Below the pieces are notes generated by a model, which saw nothing but the letters and a program-made list of their open reading frames with translations, was not told the DNA's origin and made no database searches. Source: Selaginella moellendorffii (Eukaryota; Plantae; Lycopodiophyta). From it: 64,000 nt of DNA. Position numbers and translations under genes: made by a program. The DNA lies in the NCBI RefSeq assembly GCF_000143415.4, contig NW_003314282.1, positions 1,259,374-1,323,373 of the forward strand, read 5' to 3'. Shown piece by piece: positions 50,563 through 62,529 of the stretch. Numbering within the stretch: position 1 is the stretch's first letter; the number at the start of each line of letters is the position of its first letter.

Positions 50563-51808
50563 TCATTGTAATTTCAAGTAGCTCCCTTTCGATGTGAATC
50601 CAGGAAGCAGCCACAAAGCTGGATGCTTCTTCCCAAACAATCGCCTCAGGTTGTGCCACCCGGGCCGCAAAAGCTCGCCATCGCCTGCTTGGATCGACTC
50701 CAGATACGTCTGCCCTGCGTACAAGAGCTGTATCTGCTGGCGGAGGAGTAGAGCAAGCCCGATCAGAATCGCCATGGCGGTGATGACGAGATAGATGAGT
50801 GCCAGAGACCTCGCCGATACACTCGGCAGCCCCTTGTCTTCGTCCTCCTCAAACTCTTCAAACGCCTCGAGAAAGCTCGCTGCTAGAATTGTTCCCACCG
50901 AGTGAAACAATCCCCACTCGCCAGAGCCTTGGTATCTTTGCAGCAGTGGTGGCCAGATCGCTAAGCCCGCGAGCACGGACATGAGCAAAACGTAGCAGCT
51001 GCTTATCGTCGCGTAGACCAGGAACAGGATGAAATGCGGGTGATTGTGAGCTCCAACACAGTTCCCGATCTAGAGTATACAAAAAAAGGAGAGAGTTTCA
51101 GTTCAGGTGAAAATCGAAACCACAAAAAGAAGACAACGTACGAAAGGGCAGTGGTGATCCATGTCCATGACGCAAGTTCCACAAGTTCTACAGTGATGGG
51201 CTTGCGGAGGCTTGGGACATTCGCAGTAAGCGCAGTACGTGTAGCCATCTAGAGCTGATTTGCCAATGGGCTGGAGTGATCCCCACGGCACCTTCGCTAG
51301 AGCTCCTGCTGGAGTGAATGCTGCTAGACTGTAACTCGCAAGCGTTGCTCCAGCCAGAGACAGCGCGATGAAAATGTGGAAGCATCCACTCCAAGTTGGC
51401 TGTGGATATAAAACCGGGTACACAGTCCATATTCCTCCACCTGGAAAGCAAAGGTCTCAGAGGGTGATTGCAAAATCCTATCTTTGATCGTTTTAGAAGG
51501 AAAGCAAAGTACCTTGAGAACTTACCAGTGACAAGAGCGATGATCATGAGAACCACTGCCACCAAACTCCAGTCTCGGATGGTAGCACACCTGCGCCATC
51601 GCTGGCTGCTTCTCTGCCTGGGCTTGCTCAGTGTGACCGCTCCACACCATCCACACTTGAATGCCTCGGAGAAGAAAGGGAGGATGAGATACGAGGAGCA
51701 CCCCCAGCACTGGCTCTCCCATTCGCGACTCCCATCGTCGGCGGAAGTAACAAGAAGGGAGGGATGGATAGCATCCCCCGGATCAGCGGGAGGAGCTTCT
51801 ACATCCAT
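50563..51808 (-). CDS. PAT11: DHHC protein S-acyltransferase, PAT11-like (3 exons)
   Basis: [13 protein letters not shown]-terminal motif; [31 protein letters not shown]|IGNCVG; four TM segments. Confidence 0.88.
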
Positions 51809-52212
51809 CCCCGCGAAGAACCCTAGAACAAAAGCATCGCTGATTAAATTTTAAAAATTTGAACTTTAGCATCTGTCCTTGCGAGAAGCTCTCGTGCCCG
51901 CGCCCTCATCATAAACCTGGAGAAAATCGAAAGGAAGATCAAGACAACGGGAATTGGCATTGGATAGTGAATTACCCGACGACCACTTGCCTTGATGGAA
52001 CCATGGATCGAGAAAGCGCTTGTTTTTCCTGCTTGATCAAACTTATCGATTTGGATCACCACCAGCGGCCTGGAAAATTAGGTGGTGATATCAAATGCTT
52101 CACGTCGATCCCACACGTCCTAGAGCCTGCATGCAAAGAAGATGTCATGGGTAGAACCAATCGATCGAGCCATAAAAACCGAGTTTTTACCTCTACACTG
52201 TTGCCAAAGGAG

Positions 52213-53674
52213 ATGGAGCTTGCTCGAGCCAGTTTGATCCTAGCAGTCCTCCTCCAAGCGTGCCTGCTTGTTTCTAGCAGGGAGGTTCGCCATGACCACC
52301 AGAGAAACTCGCACGTAGCGCTCACGGGTACTGTCGTTTGCCGTGACTGCTCTCACTCCCAGCAAGGACTCAAAGGTATACTTCGAGCTTCTCTCTTCTA
52401 GTCTCGCTGCCTCTTCTCTTTTCCTTGCAGGAGTCTATCTCAACCTGATCTGTGCCGATACCAATCGATCCAGGATCATCCACACCCGGTCCAGTGGCGA
52501 GTTCGTGGCTCATCTCAGAAACCCGAGTGCCAAATGCAGCCTGAGCGTGATAACGAGCTCACTTCCACGGTCTTGCGACAATGCTGTTCCTCAAGATGGT
52601 CGAGAGGTGGATATAGATTTCGCGCAAACCAGAGGCAGCCGGCACGTCGCGGCTTTTGTCTTCCAACCGGAACAATGTCCCAGTGCTTCTGCATCGCCGC
52701 CTCAAGTCTCCCATCCCAAAAAGTCCCACCACCACAATCGCCACCACGGCCATAAACGCTCCCACCATCACCAGTCACGGCACAAAAGCCCGGACCACGG
52801 GCACCATTCTGAGCATAAAAGTTCTCGTCACCAAGACACTGCTCTTGCTCCATCTCCATCGGCGACCGTAACAGCTCCAGCAGCATCCATCGCTAAACCT
52901 GTTGTCAAGGAAGCCAGTCCTCCAGCCGAAAGCCCAGACTTGTCACCGGCATTCTCTCCGCTGCAAAGTCTACCATCTTCTCGAGAATTCCCAGTCGCAC
53001 CTTCGCAGTCTCTTACTCCACTGTCACAGCCACCGGAGGAACCATCCCCATCTGATCTATTTCTTCGTCCTCGGCCCGGACAAGATGGCACTTCAAGCCC
53101 ATCACCTTCTTTGACAGAAGCTCCAGCGGTACCACCACCTCTTGTAGAAACCCCGGAAGAAACCCCACAACTTTCTCCTTCCGACTCGCAAAGCCAAGCT
53201 CCCACCGAAGCATCTCTCCCGCAAAGTCCCGATCAAGAAGTCCCAGTGTCACCACCAAGCTCATCATCTTCTCCATCGTTGTCGCCAACTGGTGTAGAAG
53301 ACACAACTCCAGCTCCTCCACCACTTGATCGAGCATACGAGGACACGAATCCATCACCAGCGCCCTCTACAAATCCTTCTCCTCCATCGGCAGCAACACC
53401 AAACTACGTGGTTTTGGTCCTTCCTCCATCAGTGTCTCAAAGATCCCATTCCCCACCGGCACCTCCTCAAGAACAACCCGAAATCTTCGCTCCAGATCTC
53501 TCTCCATCCTCCCCACCTCGATCGTCTCAAGAACCAGACCCGGATGTCTTGCCACCGGCATCGCCTCAAGAACCAGACCCAAATTTCACGATCTCACCGC
53601 CTCCGCAGATCCTATCCCCATTCCCAATCCCATCACCCTGGGCGTATTCTCCATCGCAATGCCAGTGCCCGTGA
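52213..53674 (+). CDS. Pollen Ole e 1/PAC-domain extensin/AGP-like secreted protein (exons 52213-52375, 52431-53674)
   Basis: Signal peptide; LTGTVVCRDC..GL|KGVYLNLIC..T..GEF..C..C..FVF Ole e 1 pattern; His-rich block; long Pro/Ser-rich tail. Confidence 0.82.
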
Positions 53675-53783
53675 GAATGCCCTGGAGTGATCGATCGCCT
53701 AGTGGAATACCTGGAAGAGAGCGCTTCTATGGCGCTCCAATGTAGCTCCTTTGAATGAAAGAAAATTTAGGGCTCTTGGGATT

Positions 53784-56153
53784 ATGGATACCTCCATCGG
53801 GGCCGGGGAGACGATCGTCTCCTTCGGCAGGCATGCCGGCAAGCCGCTCCGATCGCTGTCCGGCAGCTACCTCTCCTGGATCGCCGGGTTCAAGCGTCTC
53901 CAGGTAGAGAATCTCCTCGTGTGGGCAAAACTTGCGGAGGAGGTTCTCGACGAGCGCAAGAGGAGCGTCGGCCTCATGGATTTCTCGGCGCTGATACGGA
54001 AATGCGGGATCTCCAGGGACCTGGAGGCGAGCAAGCGGATCCACGCGAGGGTCCTAGGCAGCGATCACAGCGGCAGCACGCTCATCGGCAATCTCCTTGT
54101 CCAGATGTATGGGAAATGCGGCGCTCCGGATCTTGCCAGGGAGGCTTTCGAGGCGATCGATGCCAAGAACAGCTTCTCGTGGACGATGATGATCATGGCT
54201 TACACCCAGAACGGGCAAATGCGCGAGGCGCTGAATTTCTACCGAGCGATGGACACCGCCAAGGTAAGACCGACTAGTTTCTTCTTCTCGGGGGTCCTCG
54301 CGGCTTGTTTGGAGCCGGGGGATCTCCCTACCGGGATGAGAATCCATTCTCACATCGTGGATTGTGGCTGTGGATCAGATATCGTGGTGGCAACTGCGCT
54401 GATTGGAATGTACTCGAGGTGTGGCAGCGTGGATCGAGCAAGAGAAGTTTTCGACAGGATGAGCTACAGGGATACAGTGGCTTGGACTGCCATGATCGCA
54501 GCGTATGCCCACACTGGGCATCCCCGGCAAGCGATCGAGCTTTTCAAGGCCATGGACGTAGCGCCAAACGCTTTCACGGTGTCGTGTGTTCTTGGAGCTT
54601 GCTCGGACCTGGGAGCTGTGGAGGAGGGGAGATTGTTCTACAAGAGGGTGGTGTCCGAGGGGCTGGAAGCCACGACTCCAGTGCTTAACTCGCTGCTCGA
54701 CATGCTTTCCAAGTGTGGGAGATTGGACGAGGCCAGGGAGGTGTTTAGCAGCATGGGAGTGAGGAGAGACGTGATCTCTTGGAGCTCCATGATAGCAGCG
54801 CTCGTCCGGCACGAGAGCTTCAAGGAGGCGCTGGAGTTTTACAGGCGGATGGATCTGGAAGGAGTGAGGCCGGACTTGTTCGTGTTTGCCAGCGTCTTGG
54901 ACGCTTGCTCGAGGCTCGGGGGCTTGGAGCAGGGAAAGGCTGTGCACGAGAGGCTGAGAGCTGGAGGCAGTGAGCTCGACGTGGTTGTGAGCAGCGCCCT
55001 CGTCAACATGTACGCCAAGTGCAAGAGCCTCAGGGAAGCGAAGCAAGTCTTTGACAGGATCTCCAACAAGGACGTGGTTGCCTGGACTACGATGATCGTG
55101 GCCTTCTCCCAAGATGGTCATTCGTCCGAGGCTCTGGAGCTCTACGAACAGATGGTTGCTAGAGTGGAGAAGCCGGACGCGTACGTATATGCGAGCGTTC
55201 TCCGCGCATGCTCGAGCGTGGGATCTCTCTCGAAGGGCCGGGAGATTCACGCTCGGATTCTATCCGAGAAGATGGAGCTGGACTTTGTGATTAAAAACTC
55301 TCTGCTCAACATGTACCTCAAGTGTGCCAATCTGGAGGAAGTGAGGCGGATGTTCGACTTGACACCTCAAAAGGACACGATCCTAGTGACAATGATGATC
55401 TCGGCGTATGCTCAAGGTGGCCATCCGCAGAAGGCGCTCGACCTTTATCACGAGATGGAGACTTCGGACGTGAGACCGGATGGCTTTACGTACGCTAGCG
55501 TGATAAACGCATGCACAGGCATGGGAGCCCTGGCAGACGGAATGGTGGTTCACAGGGAAATCGTCCGAGATGGTTTTGACGGAGACCCGGTCGTCCAGAA
55601 CTCGCTGGTAGACATGTACAGCAAGTGTGGAAGCCTTGGAGAAGCTAGAGCGGTGTTTGACGAGATGGTGAAGAGAGACGTGGCTACATGGACTGCACTC
55701 TTCTCCGGCTATGCAAAGCATGGCTTCAACAACGAGGCACTGGAGACGTTCTGGTGCATGGCACTCGAGAGCATGGCGCTGGACGAGATTATATTCACGA
55801 CAGTGCTACAAGCGTGCAGCCACCTGGGCTTGGTGGACGAAGGCCGAGACTACTTCGTGTCGATGAGGAGAGACTTCGGATTGGCACCAGGTGTGGAGCA
55901 CTACGTTGGAATGGTTGATGTTCTGGGAAGAGCTGGAAGGCTGAAAGAGGCCGAGGAGCTACTGGGTGGAATGCCGTATGAGCCAACTCCAGTGGCATGG
56001 ACGACGATCCTGGGTGCCTGTAAAATCCATTCGGACACCGAGCGGGCGAAGAGGATGAAAGCGGACACTGGAGAGGAGGAGGAAACGGCGTGCATGCTTA
56101 TGTCGAACATATACGCTGCTTCAGCCTCCAAGAACGAACTGTCACGCAGGTAA
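53784..56153 (+). CDS. PLS-class PPR protein with truncated E domain and an extra N-terminal module (possible terminal micro-exon to ~56214)
   Basis: Repeated P-L-S motifs (LVQMYGKCG, WTAMIAAYA, FASVLDACS), ACSHLGLV, HYVGMVDVLGRAG, W..ILGACKIH; no DYW domain. Confidence 0.93.
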   Translation: MDTSIGAGETIVSFGRHAGKPLRSLSGSYLSWIAGFKRLQVENLLVWAKLAEEVLDERKRSVGLMDFSALIRKCGISRDLEASKRIHARVLGSDHSGSTLIGNLLVQMYGKCGAPDLAREAFEAIDAKNSFSWTMMIMAYTQNGQMREALNFYRAMDTAKVRPTSFFFSGVLAACLEPGDLPTGMRIHSHIVDCGCGSDIVVATALIGMYSRCGSVDRAREVFDRMSYRDTVAWTAMIAAYAHTGHPRQAIELFKAMDVAPNAFTVSCVLGACSDLGAVEEGRLFYKRVVSEGLEATTPVLNSLLDMLSKCGRLDEAREVFSSMGVRRDVISWSSMIAALVRHESFKEALEFYRRMDLEGVRPDLFVFASVLDACSRLGGLEQGKAVHERLRAGGSELDVVVSSALVNMYAKCKSLREAKQVFDRISNKDVVAWTTMIVAFSQDGHSSEALELYEQMVARVEKPDAYVYASVLRACSSVGSLSKGREIHARILSEKMELDFVIKNSLLNMYLKCANLEEVRRMFDLTPQKDTILVTMMISAYAQGGHPQKALDLYHEMETSDVRPDGFTYASVINACTGMGALADGMVVHREIVRDGFDGDPVVQNSLVDMYSKCGSLGEARAVFDEMVKRDVATWTALFSGYAKHGFNNEALETFWCMALESMALDEIIFTTVLQACSHLGLVDEGRDYFVSMRRDFGLAPGVEHYVGMVDVLGRAGRLKEAEELLGGMPYEPTPVAWTTILGACKIHSDTERAKRMKADTGEEEETACMLMSNIYAASASKNELSRR

Positions 56154-56231
56154 GTCATCTCTCTTTGTTTTCTCGTAGCTAACTCGCCCGTTTTGCAGAG
56201 AAGTTTTGAACTAGGTTTTGGGTTTTAGGCG

Positions 56232-58649
56232 ATGGAAGTCACGATTTTGAATGCTAGTGGCGATGGAGTCGGTCCTTCATTGCTGCTGTCGCACGGCGGA
56301 GGAGCAGGCCAGTACCTGGTGAATGCTCCAGAGGGCTTTAGTCGACTTGTTCTGGAGCACAAGATTCGGCCTTGTGCAAAGCTGTCTTGCCTTGTGCTTA
56401 CTTCGATTCGTCCAGTTGCAGCTGTAAGTTTTTGGACTTGCCATCACCTATGACTTGATTCTGTTTTTGGCACAGGGTGGCATCGGTGGTCTCATTCTAA
56501 GGCTCGCTCAAGATGGTCACGAAAAACTAGAAGTAACTGGACCACGGGGTTCTTCTGCGTTTGTTCACGCACTTCGTCACATCTTTCGCTGGCGGCATCC
56601 AAAAGTGAGTTTCAAGTTTGCATTTTAAGTGGCTACTGCAATGATCCCAGCTTCTTACAGGTTTTTGTCAGTGAATGGACAGAGGGAAACGTACCTGTTT
56701 TTGAAGACGAGTATGTCGTTATCTCCCCCATTCTGGCGTCGGGAAACTGCTGCCAGTCTTGTGTTTACCAGCAAAACGCATCTTTCTCTCGGCATCATGA
56801 GGAAGATCTCTTGCCTGAGCTCGATGAAGACTCCAATCCTGTTTTCGTCAGAGATACCAGAGGCAACCACAGCATTGCGGATTGTACAGCTCCAGGTTCT
56901 TCTCCTGTCACCACTGTCCTCGGGTATACTTTTTACTTGAAGAAACTTAATTCTTCTTTGCTCATACTGGATATCCCAGACTGTTCGACGTTGTCTGGTA
57001 TGGAAGCCGATGCTATCTTGCACTGCGAGCAGCACCCGCAAGGAATAGCAGCAGTGATTCATTTGAGCCCGGGACCAGTGGTGACATCTGAAGAGTACAG
57101 CAGATGGATCGACAATTATCAGTCGTTCCATGTCCTGGTTAATGCAAGCTCGCCGCAGTATGGACTCCAGGCTTCCTTACGAACCACAGCAATGCTCAAC
57201 ATGGTGAGCAAGAAGTTCTTTCCCATCCCAGCTAACTGCAATGAGTGCGAGCCTTCAGCAGCGAAACGTTCAAGCCTTACAAGTGGTCACCTTCTTTCGC
57301 GGATGGTTTTGGAACGGGGAAGCTGCGGTGACATTGTCGTGCGCATGGATCACTCGAAATGTATCGACAACTTCAACTTCACGAACTATCAAGAGGACCT
57401 CTTAAAACTGCAGCCTTGGCTCAGAGACAAACTTCTCAACATGGAGAGCCAGCGTTGCAGTTCCAACCAGCTCGTGGCAAGAGCCATGAAACGAAGTATG
57501 CTACGCCAGAGTTGTGGACAAAGCCACACAGCAGTGTGCTCGAGCGATGACTTTGAGGTGCAGTTTTTCGGCACGGGCTCGGCAGAGCCGAGTAAGTACC
57601 GGGGAAGCAGTGGTGTTTTACTTCGTCTCCGAGGCTCCGCTGCAATGCTGCTCGATGCTGGTGAAGGCGTGCTCGGACAGATTTTCAGGAGTTACGGCGA
57701 GGCCAAAGCTTTGGAAGCCGTCAACTCTATCGAGTGTCTGTGGTTATCCCACAAACATGCCGACCATGTCCTGGGAGCTGTGGCCATTGTTTGCTCGCAA
57801 GCACGGGCGAGAACAAAGCCCCTACTGGTTATTGGATCCACTGCCGTCGTAAAGTGGCTTACTGAGGTACAGGTTCCTTCTTTTCTTGCTTCATGACAAG
57901 ATCATTTTTCCTTATCAGGTTGGTAATGCTCACGCACAGTCGGGTTTTCCATTACCAGCTTTCGTAGTGATGCACTTTGCAGAATTTGAAGGCTCGCACC
58001 ACCTTGGACGTGTCCTAGAGACTCTACAGCTGAAGAGCATTGCCAGTGTTCCCGTTAATCACTGCTACGAGGCCTATGGTCTGGTGCTACACGGACAAAC
58101 TGGATGGCACTTGGTTTACTCGGGTGACACTCGACCTTCGGACCGGCTCATTCAAGCTGGAGCCGGCTGCACGCTGCTCATTCACGAGGCCACGTTTGAG
58201 GATTGCTTGGAAAGTCACGCTCGGAAGAAACGGCACAGCACCGTGAGCGAGGCTCTGCAAGTTGGAAGTCGAATGCAAGCGGAGCAAGTCATCTTGACGC
58301 ACTTTAGCCAGAGGTATCCCAAGGTATGGATGGATTCACCTTCGGATAAGCCAAGTTTTAATGTTGTTTTTCTTTCGTTCTACAGGTTGTGGAGATTGAT
58401 GTGACCAGCTATCCAAATGCGTGTGTGGCGTTTGACGGCATGGTGGTGACAAGCTCGAGCATGAGGGGCTTGAGAGAATTGCAAGGGGTGGTGCGTATGG
58501 TTTTGGCAGCACAGGATCCATGGATTGCCAAGGCTCCTCCTAGCCCTGAAGGCTGGCAAAATGATACACGCAAACGACATCTGGAAGAAAGTCTCGACGC
58601 TCCAAAGCCGCCCTCCATTCCAAAGCACATCAGATGGGAATCAGACTAA
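56232..58649 (+). CDS. TRZ: Long-form tRNase Z (ELAC2/TRZ-L type metallo-beta-lactamase), multi-exon
   Basis: GTGSAEPSKYR, LLDAGEG, SHKHADH (HxHxDH), YSGDTRP, HEAT, HST and LTHFSQRYPK motifs. Confidence 0.9.
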
Positions 58650-58789
58650 ACAGTCATGTCGAGACTTCCCGAAAATCTATACGCCGGAAAAGCAGTGTCA
58701 CTACAAGCTTGAGGAGAAGCTACGACAGCTTTTAAAACTACTCCTTTCACCTCCCCAACAGAGCCTGAGCTGCTATTCCACAAGCTACA

Positions 58790-58890
58790 TGCGCTCCAGC
58801 AAACAAAGCCACGAACTTCTGGGTGGTTTTTAGGAAGGATTTTGGAATCGAGAATGCCACGAACCTCATACTCCGGTTCATTAGGCAATA
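58790..58890 (-). mobile_element. Possible chromodomain fragment of retroelement origin
   Basis: NEPEYEVRGILDSK resembles the EYEVExILDxR chromodomain start. Confidence 0.35.
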
Positions 58891-59599
58891 CAGTCCAGTT
58901 CTTATAGGATGTTTGAGGAGTTTGTAGGAAGGTGGAGCTTACGAACTTGAATGGCTCAATTCTTTCGTTTGACAAAGAATTGGGATTGCATCAGCATTTC
59001 TTCCCAGCAGATTGTTGCTGCAGCCAGCATCAGGCCACAAGAGTTGAAACTCTCCCAATTGTCGTAGCTTCGCATTGCACACGCATGGCTTACAGCTAGC
59101 TACAGGCGCATATCACAACATGTCCTTTCAATGGTTTAGTTTAGGACATTTAGAAAACTTTGCGAAGCTTTTCACAATGTAATGCAATTTCGTTTCTCCT
59201 CTATGCAATTGTTTGCAAATTGGCAGCATTCTATTGAAACTGCTTAACTTCACTAAATGACTATTAATATACTTGAGTCTCAATAAAATTTGAGCGAAAT
59301 ATAGCATTACGAGATGCTCAAAGTTCGCAATTCTGCTGCATCGTCTTGAGGGACGCGATCGCCCCTTGCCAACAATGGGAATCACGATTCACCAATGGCA
59401 CATCTAAAAGGAGCTATGAAAATGTGTTTTATTTATACATGATTGAATCTATTCACCTTTGGTCTTTTGTAGAAACTCCTGCTTTGGAACTGGACACAAT
59501 CACAAGATCATTTTGATTGAAAAGAAAACTTCACGGGGTATCTCGAAAGAAGGATGGATATTAAGCTCGAGACTCAGAAAAGAAAATCGGAGTTTTTAT

Positions 59600-60025
59600 T
59601 TAAAGCTGGCCGCCATAGATCTATAGCAGCACGCATACACACATGATCCATTTTACAGGTTATTACCCTATTGATCTCTTCACATGCAGCCCTATCCATT
59701 CTTGTGGCAGCATGAATAGTTCTTAGATGGCTCACACAGCGTTGTGGGTGGAACTTAGACTGCGAGGAAGGCAAAGAGTACCAGTGCTCCCAACCCAACG
59801 GATATGGGCGAATGCAAAGTCCTGAACATAAAATAAAAACATGACTCAGCATGGGTGAATATCTTTTCCAGGATAGTAGCCAAATATCATCCATCCCTTC
59901 AGAAACCACCGTTGCTGTGGAACAAGGCAAAGAAAACTTTGCTTTACCTTTTTCAGCAGCATTGACAATTGCGAGCAACACCAATGGCAGTAGTAGCATG
60001 CAAGAAATTCAAACAAGAGCTATGA
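59600..60025 (-). pseudogene. Pseudogene paralogue of the Cys-rich repeat peptide at 49733-50242
   Basis: Homologous exons and 3' UTR; ATG changed to ATA; early TGA; repeat reads CEPSKNYSCCHKNG*GCM*. Confidence 0.75.
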
Positions 60026-60319
60026 CTACTCTGAAGAAAACAGAAACAGTAGAGGCAAGTGCTGATACAATTGCCCTTCAATGTGGCTAACTTGTAGGAG
60101 ACGTTGTCTCAGTAATAATTGATTGAATTATCAATCATAAAATTAAGATTAGATTGAGTTCCTAAAGACCAAAAGAAAATACAAACCTGTATTATTTTGT
60201 GAGATGTAGAGCCAAATACTGCAGAAATGAATGAAAAAAATGAGATAAATGGAACCAGGAAAGAAAATTGCAATATTAATGAACAGGAAAAAAACAAAGA
60301 ATTATCTCTAGCAAATAGC

Positions 60320-61700
60320 TTGGAGTTCCATGGAAAAAAAGAACTTCTTTTTTTCTTTTTTCAAAAAAATATTTTAAATTTTATGTGAAAGAAGTAGAAA
60401 AGAAAGAGGAGGTAAATATAGGGAAGAAAAATTTCATAAAATTTGTGGTTATATTTGGGTTTTTGAAGTTTTGGTTTTCAGGAAAAACTAAATTATTATT
60501 TTAAATTTAACACTTATTTTTATATGAAAATTTGAATTTATTTCTTCCTTAATTGTAATAAACATTAACTAAAAAGAATAGACTTTTGTGAAGGTAGCTT
60601 TTTTACCCTATAAAACTTAAAATATGTTATTTTTAGTTAAAAAATTTTGAGCATTATATAGAAGCCTTTATTTCAGTTTTAGATTCTACTTGATAAAATA
60701 CATATTTAAAGTTTTATTCTAAGTATAATATTTCTATTTAAAAAAATAAAAGAGTTTTATTTTATCTTTTTTTTATAAAGATTTCAAGTTTCATATGGAA
60801 GAAGTAAAGAAGAAAAAAAAGTCAAGTGTTTGCATTAATTTTATTCAATAAGCATTGTTTCATTGTCTCATTAGTTTTTTTATTAGCTTTTTGTTGGTTT
60901 AATGAGAGCTCTACACTAATAAATTTAATATAGAGAATAAAATGAAAATATATTTTATATATTTTCAAATTTACAATCTCTTTTTTTATCTTACAGGGTT
61001 GGAATATAATTTTACTTGAGGTCTTTATACTCATAGTTTTATATGAAAGAAAGTAAAATTAAATTATTATTTTAAAACTAATATTTATTCTTTATAAAAA
61101 AATTTAAATTTATTTATTCTTTGATCACAATGAACCTTAACTAGGATGGCCTTTTCATAAAACTTAACAAATAATTTAAGGAATCATTTATAGTAAAGAT
61201 TGTTTTTTTATTCTATAAAACAATTAAATTATGTTTTTTCTTTGTTTTTAATTAAAACAGATAGTGGCCTTTTCTTTAGTTTTAGATCCTAATTAAGAGT
61301 TATAGATTAAAAATATAGCAAGAAAATTTCAAGGTATAGTTTTCCTATTTAAAATAAAAAATGAACTTTTTATTCTTTTTTTTGGAAGATATGGAATTCA
61401 AGTTTCATATGGAAAAAATAAAAAAGAAAAAGGCAAAAGTAGGGAAGAAGAAGAAAATTATAAAGAGTGTGGTTGTGCTTAATATTTTTGGATTTATAAC
61501 ATTCATATGAAAGAAACTAAATTATTATTTTTTAAATTTAATATTTACTCTTTATAGAGACTGATAAAATTTTCTGAAATTCACTTAGATTTATATTACC
61601 AAAAACTACCTAAATAATTTGTTTAAAGTCTTATTAACATATATGTAAGAAGGTAAAATAAAATTGTTATTTTAAAAGTAATGTTTATTTCTTACAAGGA
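60320..61700. repeat. Very AT-rich, degenerate internally repeated block (probable non-autonomous TE)
   Basis: Recurrent atatgaaagaaa..aaattattattttaaa and ttcaagtttcatatggaa motifs. Confidence 0.5.
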
Positions 61701-62529
61701 TTAATACATTGCAACCCCAAAACTTCTCACTCTTACTACCATGATGTGGGCAGTCACAATGTTAGTGTTGTTTACACTACATATGAACTCTTTTATCACC
61801 TCATAATGTTTCCTCTGTACAGTTGCTCCACTCTTGCCAGCACCACACAAGAAGGATAGAACTGAAGAATCAGTGACACCAGGAGCACAGCATATAAGAT
61901 TAAGAAACTCCAAACTACAAAACACAAGGCTATCACATGGGACAGCATTAACTCATGGAGGAGATAGGACGTCACACCAAGCAAAAAATCCCACGAGAAC
62001 TGCAATCTGCCCCAGGTGGTCCAACATATTTGTGGGGCGTGAGGTTGTTATATCCTGGGAAGTCAAATTGTTAATATATGTTGACTGTGGTAATGTAGCT
62101 GGTGTAAGGGACGTTATATACCATATTAGCTTGGCACCATGCCTGGAGAACTTGCCACGTCCAATATTCAAGGTGCTCTGTGCGCAAGGAATCCAAGTCC
62201 AGCCCAAAGGAGGAAGTCCAGCTTTGAAAGTCATGCCACCATCCTTTTTGACGTGAGTTCGCCATCTCCTGTGATTCCTGGATGGCAGCATCCGCTATTT
62301 TCTGACGGTGCAGGAAGTACCCACTACAGACGTATGTGAGGCAGCGTCTCCATGCAAGGATCTCCAGTGGAAGAAACCCAGATCATCCGGTAGCAATTGC
62401 CTGGGACAAAGAAAGTTCTTAAATATTAGAGAGCAGCCAAAAGGAAATACAAACCTGTAGTGACACTGCTGATGGATCTGAAAAGCTTCTCAAAGGAACG
62501 GGCTTGTTTGTGAAACGGACACAAGAGAC

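Noticed and set aside
56140-56240. Possible spliced PPR-tRNase Z fusion protein
   Set aside because: Every nearby AG acceptor tested gives a stop or the wrong frame relative to the ATG at 56232
61700-62460. ORF pieces downstream of the receptor kinase
   Set aside because: Contain stops and no motifs; may be UTR or decayed exons
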